In this document: positions 1 through 11,487 of the stretch, in pieces
How positions within the stretch are numbered: the first letter of the stretch is position 1
Layout of the letters: the number at the start of each line of letters is the position of its first letter
Source: Micrococcus luteus NCTC 2665
GTDB lineage: Bacteria; Actinomycetota; Actinomycetes; Actinomycetales; Micrococcaceae
Assembly: GCF_000023205.1 (NCBI RefSeq)
Contig: NC_012803.1
Span: 1,410,001-1,442,000, forward strand
DNA: 32,000 bases
Direction of reading: 5' to 3'
The notes under the pieces: model-generated
The model's database searches: none
Told to the model about the DNA's origin: nothing
The model's input: the letters and a program-made list of their open reading frames with translations, nothing else
Made by a program: the position numbers and the translations under genes

Positions 1-1637
1 TGCCCCACCTGATCGGCCCGGAGGCCGCCGTCGACGTCGTGCTGAAGAACCCCCTCGACGACAACCGCATGCTCGACGCCCGCGCCGCGCACGGACTCGG
101 GCTCATGGACCGGATCGCCGAGGGGGACCTCCTCGACGCCGGCCTCGAGCTCGCCGGCGCCCTGGTCACGGGGGACGAGTCCGTGGCGGCCGAACTGGCC
201 GCCCACCGCGACCGCGACGTGTCCGACGCCGCCTGGGACCGTGCCCTGGCGGCGCTGGAGCGGCTGCAGGCCGCTCGCCCCGGACGCCACCTGCCGGCAC
301 GCCGCCACCTGGAGGACCTGTTCACCGGCGCCCGCACGCGCACCCGCGCCGAGTCCGCCCAGGCCGAGGCGGACGCCCTCGGGACCCTGCTGCACTCCCC
401 CGAGTTCCGCCGCACCGTGTACGCGTTCCTCGGCCTCGTCCAGGGCCGCGCCAAGCGCCCCGCCGGCGACCCGGGCCGCGAGCTCGCCCGCGAGGTCCGC
501 AAGGTCGGCATCGTCGGTGCAGGCCTGATGGCCGGCCAGCTCGCCCTCGTCTTCGCCCGGCACCTGCGGGTGCCCGTCGTCATGACGGACGTCGACGCCG
601 AGCGTGTCGAGCGCGGCCTGGCGGGCGTGCGCGCGCAGGTCGAGAAGATGGTCTCCCGTGGTCGGCTCTCCGCCGAGGACGGAGAGGCCTTGGCCGGGTT
701 GATCACCGCGGACACGGACAAGGCGGTGTACGCGGACGCCGACGTCGTCATCGAGGCCGTCTTCGAGGAGCTCGAGGTCAAGCGCACCGTCTTCCGCGAG
801 CTCGAGGGCATCGTGCGTGAGGACGCCATCCTGATGACCAACACCTCGAGCCTGTCCGTGGCCGCCATGGCCGAGGTCCTCGAGCATCCCGAGCGCCTCG
901 TGGGCTTCCACTTCTTCAACCCGGTGGCGGTCATGCCGCTCGTGGAGATCGTGCGGACCGAGGCGACGACGGACGAGGTCGTGGCCACCGCGTTCGAACT
1001 GACCCGCCGGCTCCGCAAGACCGGCGTGCTCGTCCACGACGCCACCGCGTTCGTGGTCAACCGCGTCCTGCTGCGCATGATGGGCGAGGTGCAGAACTCC
1101 TTCGACGAGGGCACCGACGCGCACGAGGCCGACCACGCGGTGGACCCGCTGGCCCTGCCGATGACGCCGTTCACCCTGCTGGCCATGGTCGGCATCCCCG
1201 TGGCCCAGCACGTGTCCGAGTCCCTCTCCGCGTCCTTCGGCGCGGAGCGCTTCCCGGTCTCGGCGAACCTGCAGCGCCTGATCGACGCCGGCAAGACCGC
1301 GATCTGGGCCAAGGACGTCCGCCCCGACCGGCGCGACGAGGAGGCCGCCGGCGCGACCGGCGAGCAGATCCCGGAGGCGACCGCGGCCCTGCTGGAGCAG
1401 GGCTCGACCCCGCAGACCTCCGAGGAGCTGCTGCGCCGGGTCGAGGACGCGCTGGCCGAGGAGATCGGCCTGCTCCTGGACGAGGGCGTCGTCGCGGCCC
1501 CCGAGGACGTGGACCTGTGCATGATCCTCGGCGCCGGCTGGCCCCTGCACCTGGGCGGCATCACGCCGTACCTGGACGACTGCGGGGCCGCCGAACGGGT
1601 GAACGGGCGGCGCTTCCACCCGGCCGCGCAGGCCTGA
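1..1637 (+). CDS. fadB: FadB-type 3-hydroxyacyl-CoA dehydrogenase (fatty-acid oxidation protein), 5'-truncated by the window edge
   Basis: The frame is open from position 3 to the TGA at 1635-1637. It has a Rossmann motif VGIVGAGLMAGQLA and a 3-hydroxyacyl-CoA dehydrogenase core (MTNTSSLSV...GFHFFNPV), followed by a second helical C-terminal domain. The first residues look like the tail of an enoyl-CoA hydratase domain. G/C third-position bias is strong. Confidence 0.85.
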   Translation, partial: PHLIGPEAAVDVVLKNPLDDNRMLDARAAHGLGLMDRIAEGDLLDAGLELAGALVTGDESVAAELAAHRDRDVSDAAWDRALAALERLQAARPGRHLPARRHLEDLFTGARTRTRAESAQAEADALGTLLHSPEFRRTVYAFLGLVQGRAKRPAGDPGRELAREVRKVGIVGAGLMAGQLALVFARHLRVPVVMTDVDAERVERGLAGVRAQVEKMVSRGRLSAEDGEALAGLITADTDKAVYADADVVIEAVFEELEVKRTVFRELEGIVREDAILMTNTSSLSVAAMAEVLEHPERLVGFHFFNPVAVMPLVEIVRTEATTDEVVATAFELTRRLRKTGVLVHDATAFVVNRVLLRMMGEVQNSFDEGTDAHEADHAVDPLALPMTPFTLLAMVGIPVAQHVSESLSASFGAERFPVSANLQRLIDAGKTAIWAKDVRPDRRDEEAAGATGEQIPEATAALLEQGSTPQTSEELLRRVEDALAEEIGLLLDEGVVAAPEDVDLCMILGAGWPLHLGGITPYLDDCGAAERVNGRRFHPAAQA

Positions 1638-1643
1638 CCGGCC

Positions 1644-1674
1644 CCGGCCGGGCCGGCCGCGACGGCCCGGCCGG
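1644..1674. terminator. GC-rich hairpin between convergent stops (possible bidirectional terminator)
   Basis: There is a 12-bp stem, CCGGCCGGGCCG (1644-1655) pairing with CGGCCCGGCCGG (1663-1674), and a 7-nt loop. It lies exactly in the 41-nt gap between the fadB stop (1637) and the stop of the minus-strand gene (1679). No U-tract is present. Confidence 0.45.
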
Positions 1675-1678
1675 CGAC

Positions 1679-2335
1679 TCAGGCGATCGGCAGCCCGGCG
1701 AACGTCACCACGTGCGCGTCGAGCCCGGCGGTCGCCGCGGCCCGGTCGGCCACGGGGGTCGAGGCGGTGCCCCCGCCCCAGTCGGAGGCGACCACGGCGC
1801 CCTCGCGCACGAGGTGCGCCCCCAGCTCCACGCCGTCCGCGACGACGGCCACCCGCACGTCCGACCCGCCCGCGTCCGCCGGGCGCAGCTCGACGCGGGG
1901 CACGCGCAGCCCGCCCTGCAGGGGCGAGGCCTCCTCGAGCCGGTCCACGGCGAGCGGGCCCGCGGCGGCGACCCGCGCGAGGATGAGGTACTCCGCGTAC
2001 GAGGGCAGCACCGCGGCGTCGATGCCGGCCCGCTCGCGGTCGATGCGCACCCGCTGGGCGCCGGCGGAGTCCTCGTGGGTCGTCCACGCCCATCCGCCGC
2101 CGTCGGGCGTGAAGCCGACCTGCGTCTGGGCCAGGTAGCGCTCGGGCAGTCCACCGCGGGCGGCGCGCTGGGCGGGCGTGGGGGCGAAGCCCATGCGGGT
2201 GGTCAGCACGCCGTCCTCCAGCACCCGGTGCAGGAAGCCGACGTGCACGTCGTCGAGGGTCACGGCCTCCCACCGTTCGAAGGGGGTGAGGTCGAAGCGG
2301 GCGGCGCCGGTGGGGCACGGGGCGGGGTCGGTCAC
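1679..2335 (-). CDS. hypothetical protein, 218 aa, no recognisable motif
   Basis: GTG at 2335 is in frame with the stop at 1679-1681 and has AGGAG 7 nt upstream. G/C third-position bias is strong. The track ORF continues to 2842, but that part runs antisense through the Rieske gene and is rejected. Confidence 0.7.
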   Translation of the reverse strand: MTDPAPCPTGAARFDLTPFERWEAVTLDDVHVGFLHRVLEDGVLTTRMGFAPTPAQRAARGGLPERYLAQTQVGFTPDGGGWAWTTHEDSAGAQRVRIDRERAGIDAAVLPSYAEYLILARVAAAGPLAVDRLEEASPLQGGLRVPRVELRPADAGGSDVRVAVVADGVELGAHLVREGAVVASDWGGGTASTPVADRAAATAGLDAHVVTFAGLPIA

Positions 2336-2419
2336 GGCGGTGCTCCTGGGGGCTGGGGGGGTCCGTCCCCCCGATCCTCGCACCCGTCGGGCCCGGTCGC
2401 ATCCGCCCTCGCCACGGGC

Positions 2420-2425
2420 GATAAT
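2420..2425 (+). promoter_or_regulatory. candidate -10 box (GATAAT) for a leaderless Rieske transcript
   Basis: GATAAT matches TATAAT at 5 of 6 positions and ends 6 nt before the ATG at 2432. No Shine-Dalgarno sequence lies between them, which is the geometry expected for a leaderless mRNA. Confidence 0.3.
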
Positions 2426-2431
2426 GGGTCG

Positions 2432-2944
2432 ATGACCACGCAGGACTCCCCCCTCACCCCGAACTCCTCCCGGTCCGGCTGCTGCGGCGACCACGCCCGC
2501 CCGGACACCTCCCGCCGCACCGTCCTGGGCCGCGGCGCCGCCGTCGCCGCCGCGGGTGCCGGCGCACTCGCGCTGGCCGGCTGCACGGACCGGCTGCGCG
2601 AGAAGGACACCGCGCAGGACCACTACACCGGCTCCGACGCCGTCGACGCGCTGCCCGCCGCCGAGCTGCCCGTGGGCGCCTCCCGGGAGGTGCAGGTGCA
2701 GGGCCGGACGCTGATGATGCACCGCGTGGACGAGACCACGGTGACCGCCTTCACCAACGTGTGCACGCACCAGGGCTGCCTGCTCCAGGTCGTGGACCGG
2801 CAGGAGGGGCCGGCCTACGCCTGCCCCTGCCACGGCTCGCACTTCGACGTCACCTCGGGGAAGCCGTTCGGCGGCCCGGCCCGCAAGGCCCTCATGGACT
2901 ACGATGCGGCCGTCGTCGACGACCGCATCGTCGTCAAGCTCTGA
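2432..2944 (+). CDS. Rieske (2Fe-2S) domain protein, predicted Tat-exported lipoprotein, 170 aa
   Basis: It carries a twin-arginine motif SRRTVLGRG, a lipobox LALAGC, and the Rieske ligand boxes CTHQGC and CPCHGS. The rest of the 475-aa track ORF upstream is a shadow ORF. Confidence 0.9.
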   Translation: MTTQDSPLTPNSSRSGCCGDHARPDTSRRTVLGRGAAVAAAGAGALALAGCTDRLREKDTAQDHYTGSDAVDALPAAELPVGASREVQVQGRTLMMHRVDETTVTAFTNVCTHQGCLLQVVDRQEGPAYACPCHGSHFDVTSGKPFGGPARKALMDYDAAVVDDRIVVKL

Positions 2945-2951
2945 GCCCTGC

Positions 2952-3290
2952 TCAGTCCTCCGGCGCGCCGTAGCGCCGCCGTGGGGGCATCACGACGGCG
3001 GAGCGGTCGTTGGGGTCCCACGCCGGCTGCTCGCGCCGCCGGGCCGGGTAGTAGCGGTGCCGCCACCAGAACCAGATGAGCGCTCCCAGCGCGGGCAGCA
3101 GCAGCATGACGCCGACCCATGGCAGGCGCGCCCGGGCGTCCAGGGGGCTGCGGCCCAGCGAGACGAAGCCGGCCACCCACAGCACGCCGGCCACGACGGA
3201 CAGGCCCCAGCCCAGGGCGGCCTCCCCCGGCGTCGGCACGAGCGGGTTGGCGGCCGCCGCGGCGGCCGCGCCGCTCAGCGCGGCGACCAT
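2952..3290 (-). CDS. small two-TM membrane protein, PLDc_N-like (PLD nuclease N-terminal domain family), 112 aa
   Basis: The ATG at 3290-3288 overlaps the TGA of the upstream aldo/keto reductase gene (ATGA). There are two hydrophobic helices. The motif LLLPALGALIWFWWRHR resembles the PLDc_N small-protein family; that family call is from memory. Confidence 0.7.
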   Translation of the reverse strand: MVAALSGAAAAAAANPLVPTPGEAALGWGLSVVAGVLWVAGFVSLGRSPLDARARLPWVGVMLLLPALGALIWFWWRHRYYPARRREQPAWDPNDRSAVVMPPRRRYGAPED

Positions 3291-4264
3291 CAGAAGAGCG
3301 CGACCTTCTCCGGGCCCGGGAACAGGGCGTCCAGCTCCGCCAGGTCCTCCGCGGTGGCGAGCCAGTCGGCCGCCGCCGCGTTCTCCACGACCTGCGCGGC
3401 ACGGGTGGCGCCGGCGATCACGGAGGACACCGGTCCCTGCGCCGCCAGCCACCCGATCGCGGCCTGAACCTCGGTGATCCCCCGCTCCCGGGCGAACCGG
3501 CCGAACGCGGCCAGCTGCTCCAGGTCGGCGTCGGCCACCATGTTCTGGCGCACGTGGGACAGGCGCGAGCCCTCGGGCGCGTCGCCCTGCGAGTACTTGC
3601 CCGTGAGCAGCCCGTTGGCCAGCGGGAAGTACGGCAGGACGCCGAGCCCGAACTCCGCCGCCGCCGGGACCACCTCGAGCTCGGCCCGGCGGTCCAGCAG
3701 GTTGTAGTGGTTCTGCGCCGACACGAAGCGCTCCACGCCCAGCTCGCGGGCCACGTACTCGGCCTGGGCGATCTGCCACCCGGCCCGGTTCGAGTGGCCC
3801 ACGTAGCGGACCTTGCCGGAGCGCACGAGGTCGTCGAGCGCACGGAGGGTCTCCTGGATGGGCGTGGCCGGGTCCGGGGTGTGGAACTGGTAGAGGTCGA
3901 TCCAGTCGGTGCCGAGACGGCGCAGGGAGTCCTCGACGGCGCGCACGATGTACCGGCGCGAGCCCCGCGCGCCGCCGTCGTCGCCGGCGACACCGCCCAT
4001 GTCCATGCCGAACTTGGTGCCGATCACCACCTCGTCGCGGCGGGCGCCCAGGGCGCGGCCGAGCCGCTCCTCGGACAGGCCGGGCTCGGCGCCGTAGATG
4101 TCGGCGACGTCGAAGAAGGTGATGCCGGCGTCGAGCGCGGCGTGGACGACGGCGTCTGTGCCGGCCTGATCGAGCGTGGCGGTGCCGGGGCGGCCGAGGT
4201 TGTTGCACCCCAGGCCGACGACGGACACGGTCAGCCCGGAGCGGCCGAGACGGGTGTGGCGCAC
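3290..4264 (-). CDS. aldo/keto reductase family oxidoreductase, 324 aa
   Basis: GTG at 4264 has AGGAGG about 8 nt upstream. AKR hallmarks are present: LGCNNLG, FFDVADIYG, GTKFG, DLYQFH, GHSN. It starts 3 nt after the stop of the upstream gene. Confidence 0.92.
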   Translation of the reverse strand: MRHTRLGRSGLTVSVVGLGCNNLGRPGTATLDQAGTDAVVHAALDAGITFFDVADIYGAEPGLSEERLGRALGARRDEVVIGTKFGMDMGGVAGDDGGARGSRRYIVRAVEDSLRRLGTDWIDLYQFHTPDPATPIQETLRALDDLVRSGKVRYVGHSNRAGWQIAQAEYVARELGVERFVSAQNHYNLLDRRAELEVVPAAAEFGLGVLPYFPLANGLLTGKYSQGDAPEGSRLSHVRQNMVADADLEQLAAFGRFARERGITEVQAAIGWLAAQGPVSSVIAGATRAAQVVENAAAADWLATAEDLAELDALFPGPEKVALF

Positions 4265-4267
4265 GGT

Positions 4268-4786
4268 TCAGCCCTCCTGCTCTGCGGTGCGGACGTCCAC
4301 CTTGTTCGGCTGCACGCCGTCGGCGCGCTTGGCGGTCGCCGGGATCTCGGCGGCGGCCTTGCGGGCGTGGGGGGTGCGCACGCGCAGCACGAGGGCACCG
4401 ACCTCGTCGACGACGTCCTCGACCTCGCCGAGACCGCGCCAGGCGAGCTGGTGGGTCACCTCGACGCGCAGCCGCTCGACGGTGCGCCGCTCGATCGCCG
4501 TGGCCTCCCGGCCGCGGAGCCGGTAGGCCACCGGCAGCACGGCGAAGGTCGCGGGGTCCGCCTCGGTGAAGCCCTCCTCCGCGCCCTGTGCCACGAACGC
4601 GGCCAGCAGCTGATCGCCCTCGGCAGGGTCGGCCAGGGGCTGCTCCCCGACGGTGCCGGGCTGGCCGACCCTGCCGTGGTGGACCACGAACTCCCCGGCC
4701 TCCGCGTCCGCCCATGCCTCGCGGTATTCGAAGAGCCGGGCGCCGTCGTCGCCGACGGTCTCACGGTACAGCCGGACGATGCTCAT
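4268..4786 (-). CDS. hypothetical protein, 172 aa, with a possible WGR-like N-terminal domain
   Basis: The ATG at 4786-4784 overlaps the dxs stop (ATGA), and AGGAG lies 6 nt upstream. Codon bias is good. The N-terminal pattern FEYREAW...[13 protein letters not shown]...[14 protein letters not shown] resembles a WGR fold; this rests on motif pattern only. Confidence 0.7.
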   Translation of the reverse strand: MSIVRLYRETVGDDGARLFEYREAWADAEAGEFVVHHGRVGQPGTVGEQPLADPAEGDQLLAAFVAQGAEEGFTEADPATFAVLPVAYRLRGREATAIERRTVERLRVEVTHQLAWRGLGEVEDVVDEVGALVLRVRTPHARKAAAEIPATAKRADGVQPNKVDVRTAEQEG

Positions 4787-6798
4787 GCCTGCTCCTGGTG
4801 GTGAGGGGCGACCGCGTCCTCGGGGACGGGCCGGGCGTACGGGACCTTGGCGCCGAGGACCTGGGCGACGGTGTCCTGGGTGATGCGCTGCGCCGTGAGG
4901 CCCACGCGGGCCAGCACCTGCTCGCGGCTGCCGTGGGCGAGGAACTCGACGGGCAGGCCGACCTCGTTCAGGGCGGTGTCCACGCCGGCCGCACGCATCT
5001 CCTGGCGGATCCGCGAGCCGACGCCGCCGGCCCGCACCCCGTCCTCGAGGCACACGACGATCCGGTGGCGGGCGGCCGTGTCGATCACGGACCGGGCCAC
5101 GGGCAGGACCCACCGCGGGTCGATCACCGTGGCGCTGATGCCGTGCCGCTCGAGCCGTTCGGCGACGTCGAGGCTGAGCTCGGCCATCGCGCCCACCGCC
5201 ACGATCAGCACGTCCCGCTCGGCGCCGTCGCGTCCGCCGTCCTCGCCGCGCCGGGCGAGCACGTCCGTCCCGTCCGACAGCCGCTCCAGGGCGCGCACCG
5301 ACTCGCCGACCGAGCCCTTCGCGAACCGCACCACGGTGGGCGCGTCCTCGACGGCGACGGCCTCGCGCAGCTCCTCCCGGAGCGTGTCCGCGTCGCGGGG
5401 CGCGGAGATCCGCAGCCCCGGCACCGACTGCAGCAGGGCCAGGTCCCACATGCCGTGGTGGCTCGGGCCGTCCGGCCCGGTGACGCCCGCGCGGTCCAGC
5501 ACGAACGTCACGCCTGCACGGTGCAGGCCCACGTCCATGAGCACCTGGTCGTACGCGCGGTTGAGGAAGGTCGCGTAGACGGCCACCACGGGGTGCAGAC
5601 CACCGAAGGCCATGCCGGCGGCCGAGGTGACCGCGTGCTGCTCGGCGATGCCGACGTCGAACACCCGGTCCGGATGGGCCAGCGCCATCGGGGCCAGGCC
5701 CACGGGGTTCTGCATGGCGGCGGTGATGGCCACGACGTCCGGCCGCTCGTCCGCGATCGCGACCATCTCCTCGCCGAACACGGAGGTCCAGGACTGGGCC
5801 GTCGACGAGGTGATGGGCTCGCCCGTGGAGGGGTCGATCACGCCGATCGCGTGGAACTGGTCCGCCTCGTGCGCGACCGCCGGCGCGTAGCCGTGCCCCT
5901 TCTCGGTCATCGCGTGGACGATCACGGGCCCGCCGTACGCCCGCGCGTCCTCGAGGGCCTCCTCCATGGCGGTGAGGTCGTGACCGTCCACCGGGCCGAT
6001 GTACTTCATGCCCAGGTCCTCGAACAGGCCCTGCGGCGCCCAGAGGTCCTTGAGGCCCTTCTTCGCCGCGTGCAGCGGCCGGTACACCAGCTCACCCGCG
6101 AGGCCGGCCTCCTGGAGGCGGCGCTTGAGGTAGTCGAGGGTCTGCTCGTAGCGGTGGTGGGTGCGCACCTTGTCCAGCACCCCGCGGCGCAGTCCGCCCA
6201 GGTGCTCGGCGACGCCGCCCACCGTGGGCGCATACGAGCGGCCGTTGTCGTTGACCACGATCACCACGCGCCGATCCCGGCCGGCGGCGATGTTGTTGAC
6301 CGCCTCCCAGGCCATGCCCCCCGTGAGCGCGCCGTCGCCGATCACGGCCACCACGGTGCGGTCCCCCTGCCCGGTCTGCGCCCAGGCCCGCGCGATGCCA
6401 TCCGCCCAGGAGAGCGAGCTGGAGGCGTGCGAGGACTCCACCACGTCGTGCTCGGACTCGGTGCGGTCACCGTAGCCGGACAGGCCCCCCTCCTGACGGA
6501 GCGTCGTGAAGTCCTGGCGTCCGGTGAGCAGCTTGTGCACGTACGACTGGTGGCCAGTGTCGAAGATGACCGCGTCCTTCGGCGATTCGAACACGCGGTG
6601 CACGGCCAGCGTCAGCTCGACGACGCCCAGATTCGGTCCGAGGTGGCCGCCCGTCTTGGAGACGTGGGCGATCAGGTAGGCGCGGATCTCCGCCGCCAGC
6701 GCGGTCAACTGGTCCTCCGTGAGGGCCGACAGGTCCGCCGGGCGGGCGATCTGCGGCAGCAGCGGGGCGCCGGGGCTCGTGGGGGGCAGATGTTCCAT
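4783..6798 (-). CDS. dxs: 1-deoxy-D-xylulose-5-phosphate synthase, 671 aa
   Basis: ATG at 6798 (MEHLPPTS...). Conserved motifs are [14 protein letters not shown], the TPP-binding [16 protein letters not shown] and VVIVVNDN, plus transketolase-like pyrimidine-binding and C-terminal domains. Confidence 0.95.
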   Translation of the reverse strand: MEHLPPTSPGAPLLPQIARPADLSALTEDQLTALAAEIRAYLIAHVSKTGGHLGPNLGVVELTLAVHRVFESPKDAVIFDTGHQSYVHKLLTGRQDFTTLRQEGGLSGYGDRTESEHDVVESSHASSSLSWADGIARAWAQTGQGDRTVVAVIGDGALTGGMAWEAVNNIAAGRDRRVVIVVNDNGRSYAPTVGGVAEHLGGLRRGVLDKVRTHHRYEQTLDYLKRRLQEAGLAGELVYRPLHAAKKGLKDLWAPQGLFEDLGMKYIGPVDGHDLTAMEEALEDARAYGGPVIVHAMTEKGHGYAPAVAHEADQFHAIGVIDPSTGEPITSSTAQSWTSVFGEEMVAIADERPDVVAITAAMQNPVGLAPMALAHPDRVFDVGIAEQHAVTSAAGMAFGGLHPVVAVYATFLNRAYDQVLMDVGLHRAGVTFVLDRAGVTGPDGPSHHGMWDLALLQSVPGLRISAPRDADTLREELREAVAVEDAPTVVRFAKGSVGESVRALERLSDGTDVLARRGEDGGRDGAERDVLIVAVGAMAELSLDVAERLERHGISATVIDPRWVLPVARSVIDTAARHRIVVCLEDGVRAGGVGSRIRQEMRAAGVDTALNEVGLPVEFLAHGSREQVLARVGLTAQRITQDTVAQVLGAKVPYARPVPEDAVAPHHQEQA

Positions 6799-6871
6799 GG
6801 TCCGACCAGCGTACTCCGCGGGTCCGCACCCGGGCGGGACGCAGGCGGCGGCGTCGGCCCCGGCGCCCACG

Positions 6872-6921
6872 ACGACGGCGGCCCGCCGCCCTCCGTGCGG
6901 AGGGCGGCGGGCCGCCGTCGT
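6872..6921 (-). terminator. long perfect hairpin downstream of acn (intrinsic-terminator-like, no U-tract)
   Basis: A 23-bp perfect stem, ACGACGGCGGCCCGCCGCCCTCC (6872-6894) pairing with GGAGGGCGGCGGGCCGCCGTCGT (6899-6921), encloses the loop GTGC. It begins 31 nt after the acn stop and lies upstream of the dxs start. Confidence 0.55.
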
Positions 6922-6951
6922 GATGCCCACGCGCGGGCGGTGTCCCGTGGA

Positions 6952-9654
<2,703 letters not shown>

Positions 9655-9671
9655 GAGAGGACTCCTCTTCC

Positions 9672-9691
9672 CGCCCGGTTTCCTCCGGGCG
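9672..9691 (-). promoter_or_regulatory. small hairpin in the acn 5' leader, 3 nt upstream of the RBS
   Basis: A 7-bp GC stem (9672-9678 pairing with 9685-9691) carries a 6-nt loop, AGGAAA on the mRNA strand. Its function is unknown; only the structure is reported. Confidence 0.25.
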
Positions 9692-9818
9692 CTCGTCCAG
9701 TGGGGGGTGGTCACCCGCGGCCGCGGACCGCGCACCGTCCGGGACGGGCGTCGTCTGCGTCACAGGTGCCGCACTGCGTCCCAGGGTACCGCGCCGGTCC
9801 CGTGTGACGCGGGCATGG

Positions 9819-9846
9819 CGCGCGGCGGCCCGCAGGCCGCCGCGCG
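9819..9846 (-). terminator. hairpin downstream of the RNA methyltransferase gene
   Basis: A 12-bp perfect stem, CGCGCGGCGGCC (9819-9830) pairing with GGCCGCCGCGCG (9835-9846), encloses the loop CGCA. It starts 10 nt after the stop at 9856. No U-tract is present. Confidence 0.45.
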
Positions 9847-9855
9847 GATGCCGGG

Positions 9856-11328
9856 TCAGATCTCGACGACGGCCGCGGTCGGGGCGCTCTGGGCGGCCGG
9901 CACCAGCGCGGTCACCGACTCGAGGTGGTGCGTGTCCGGGTAGAGGTCGACCACGCGGGCGCGCTCCACCTCGTAGCCGCCGTCGCGCAGCCACGCCAGG
10001 TCGCGGGCGAACGAGGCGGGGTCGCACGAGACGTACACGATGCGGCCCGGCTCGAGCGCGAGGATGCGCTCGATCGCCCGCCGACCCGCGCCGGCCCGTG
10101 GCGGGTCCAGGACGACGGTGTCCAGTGCGGCACCGCCGAGGCCGCCGTCGGCCACGGGGCGCTCGGGGTACTTCAGCCAGCTGCCGAGCACCTTGTCCGT
10201 GGGGCCGTTGAGCACGGAGGCCTGCGGCTGCTCGTGCAGGTTGCGGCGGGCGTCCTTCGAGGCCCGGCGGGAGGCCTCCACCGAGTACACGCGGCCCTCG
10301 GGGCCCACGGCGTCCGCCAGGTACGCACTGAAGAGGCCGGCGCCGCCGTAGAGGTCGGCCACGACCTGGCCCGGCTCGACGCGGGCGTCCTCGAGCACCG
10401 CGTCCACGAGGGTGGCCGGGGCGTGCTGGTGGACCTGCCAGAAGCCGTCACCCGTGACGCGGAAGCGCTTGGTGCCGCCGCGCTCGGACTCCACGGTCTC
10501 CTCGACCCAGGTCTTCCCGGTGATGCGCTCGACCTTGACCGGCAGGAACTGCTTCGGGCCCGGCAGGGCCAGGCCGGTGGAGACGTCCACGCCGCACGCA
10601 TTGGCCGCCTGGCGGATCCGGGTGCGCAGCCGGCCGAGCTTGACCTCGTCCACCCGCGTCTGCGGGGTGGGCGTCACCAGCACGAGGGGGCGGGAGCCGG
10701 AGGCCGGCGTCGCGACGTCCACGCGGGCCGCCCCGGTGAAGTCCCAGTCCCACAGGGCGAGTGCGTCGAGGGCGGGCACGCCGAGCGGCATGTTGCGCAC
10801 GGGCAGGAGGGTCGCCGAACGGTAGGCGTGCATCGCGATGTGCCCCTGAGGGGTCACCGCGAACGCGTTGCGGGTCCGCCAGCGCTGGCCGGTGGGCTCG
10901 TCCTCGGAGCCGGCGAAGCACACCCCCGGCTCCACCGCGAGGTCGGCGATGCGGTGCACCGTGTCCCGGAAGACCTGGGCCTTGAGCCGGCGCTGGTGCG
11001 GGACCACGATGTGGCCGAACTCGGCGCCGCCCACGGGCGGGCGGCCCGAGGCGTGGGCGCGCAGCATGTCCGCGAGCTTCCACTGGTGGATGCGGCGGAA
11101 CTCGGAGGGCCGCAGCACCTCCACGACGTCGCCGCGCCAGAAGCGGGCGCCCTCCTCGGCCTCGGTCAGGGTCACCCGGACCTTCTCGCCGGGGACGGCG
11201 TGACGCACGAAGACGACCCGCCCCTCGTGCCGGGCCACGCAGTGGCCGCCGTGGGCCATGGCCCCGACCTCCACCTCGATGGTCCCCCCGATCCCGGTGA
11301 CGTCTGTGGACGTGTCGACGACTGCCAT
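9856..11328 (-). CDS. TRAM-domain class I SAM-dependent RNA (uracil-5) methyltransferase, TrmA/RlmD family, 490 aa
   Basis: ATG at 11328 has GAGGAG upstream; an alternative ATG lies at 11346. It has an N-terminal TRAM-like beta domain (GGHCVARHEGRVVFVRHAVPGEKV), a SAM motif VVADLYGGAGLF, and a catalytic-Cys motif IVYVSCDPASFARD. Confidence 0.85.
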   Translation of the reverse strand: MAVVDTSTDVTGIGGTIEVEVGAMAHGGHCVARHEGRVVFVRHAVPGEKVRVTLTEAEEGARFWRGDVVEVLRPSEFRRIHQWKLADMLRAHASGRPPVGGAEFGHIVVPHQRRLKAQVFRDTVHRIADLAVEPGVCFAGSEDEPTGQRWRTRNAFAVTPQGHIAMHAYRSATLLPVRNMPLGVPALDALALWDWDFTGAARVDVATPASGSRPLVLVTPTPQTRVDEVKLGRLRTRIRQAANACGVDVSTGLALPGPKQFLPVKVERITGKTWVEETVESERGGTKRFRVTGDGFWQVHQHAPATLVDAVLEDARVEPGQVVADLYGGAGLFSAYLADAVGPEGRVYSVEASRRASKDARRNLHEQPQASVLNGPTDKVLGSWLKYPERPVADGGLGGAALDTVVLDPPRAGAGRRAIERILALEPGRIVYVSCDPASFARDLAWLRDGGYEVERARVVDLYPDTHHLESVTALVPAAQSAPTAAVVEI

Positions 11329-11487
11329 GTCTGGCTCCTCTCGCATCGCAGCGCGCTTCAGGTCTTGCCCTGAGCGTCGTCTGGTCAGATCATCACCATC
11401 CTTGCAGACCGATGCGGCTGTGTCGCCTCGATCTTGGGCGCGCCGTCGGACGGCGTCATCCGCCGCTCGCCGGGGGCGCCGGGGCGG

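Noticed and set aside
2952-4804. A 587-aa minus ORF (2952-4715), a 561-aa plus ORF (3119-4804), and similar ORFs across the AKR gene and the unknown genes.
   Set aside because: Only the last 112 codons of the 587-aa ORF (2952-3290) look like a protein. Everything else is out of frame with, or antisense to, the well-supported AKR gene and the 172-aa gene.
6799-6930. Longer N-terminal extensions offered by the ORF track: dxs to 6930, acn to 9735, dut to 17721, DUF3159 to 15765, and others.
   Set aside because: The extensions are Arg/Pro-rich, lack an RBS, and run into terminator hairpins or neighbouring genes. The conserved N-termini and RBS positions support the shorter starts listed in the features.
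9771-9776. A CAGTGC on the acn mRNA strand that might be an iron-responsive-element-like loop. Aconitases can bind IRE-like RNAs.
   Set aside because: The flanking bases do not pair to form the required stem, and there is no bulged C. The match is only a hexamer.
9757-9810. An 8-bp inverted repeat, GCGTCACA ... TGTGACGC, upstream of acn that resembles CRP/GlxR half-sites (TGTGA / TCACA).
   Set aside because: The two arms are about 38 nt apart rather than in the TGTGA-N6-TCACA arrangement. Neither arm has a partner half-site at the correct spacing. I cannot support a CRP-family site or an AcnR-type operator from the sequence.
11385-11399. A mini-ORF, ATG GTG ATG ATC TGA (MVMI), on the minus strand in the leader of the methyltransferase gene. 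It could be a leader peptide.
   Set aside because: The AAGGA sequence abuts the ATG with no spacer. There is no associated attenuator structure or codon logic, so this is most likely chance.
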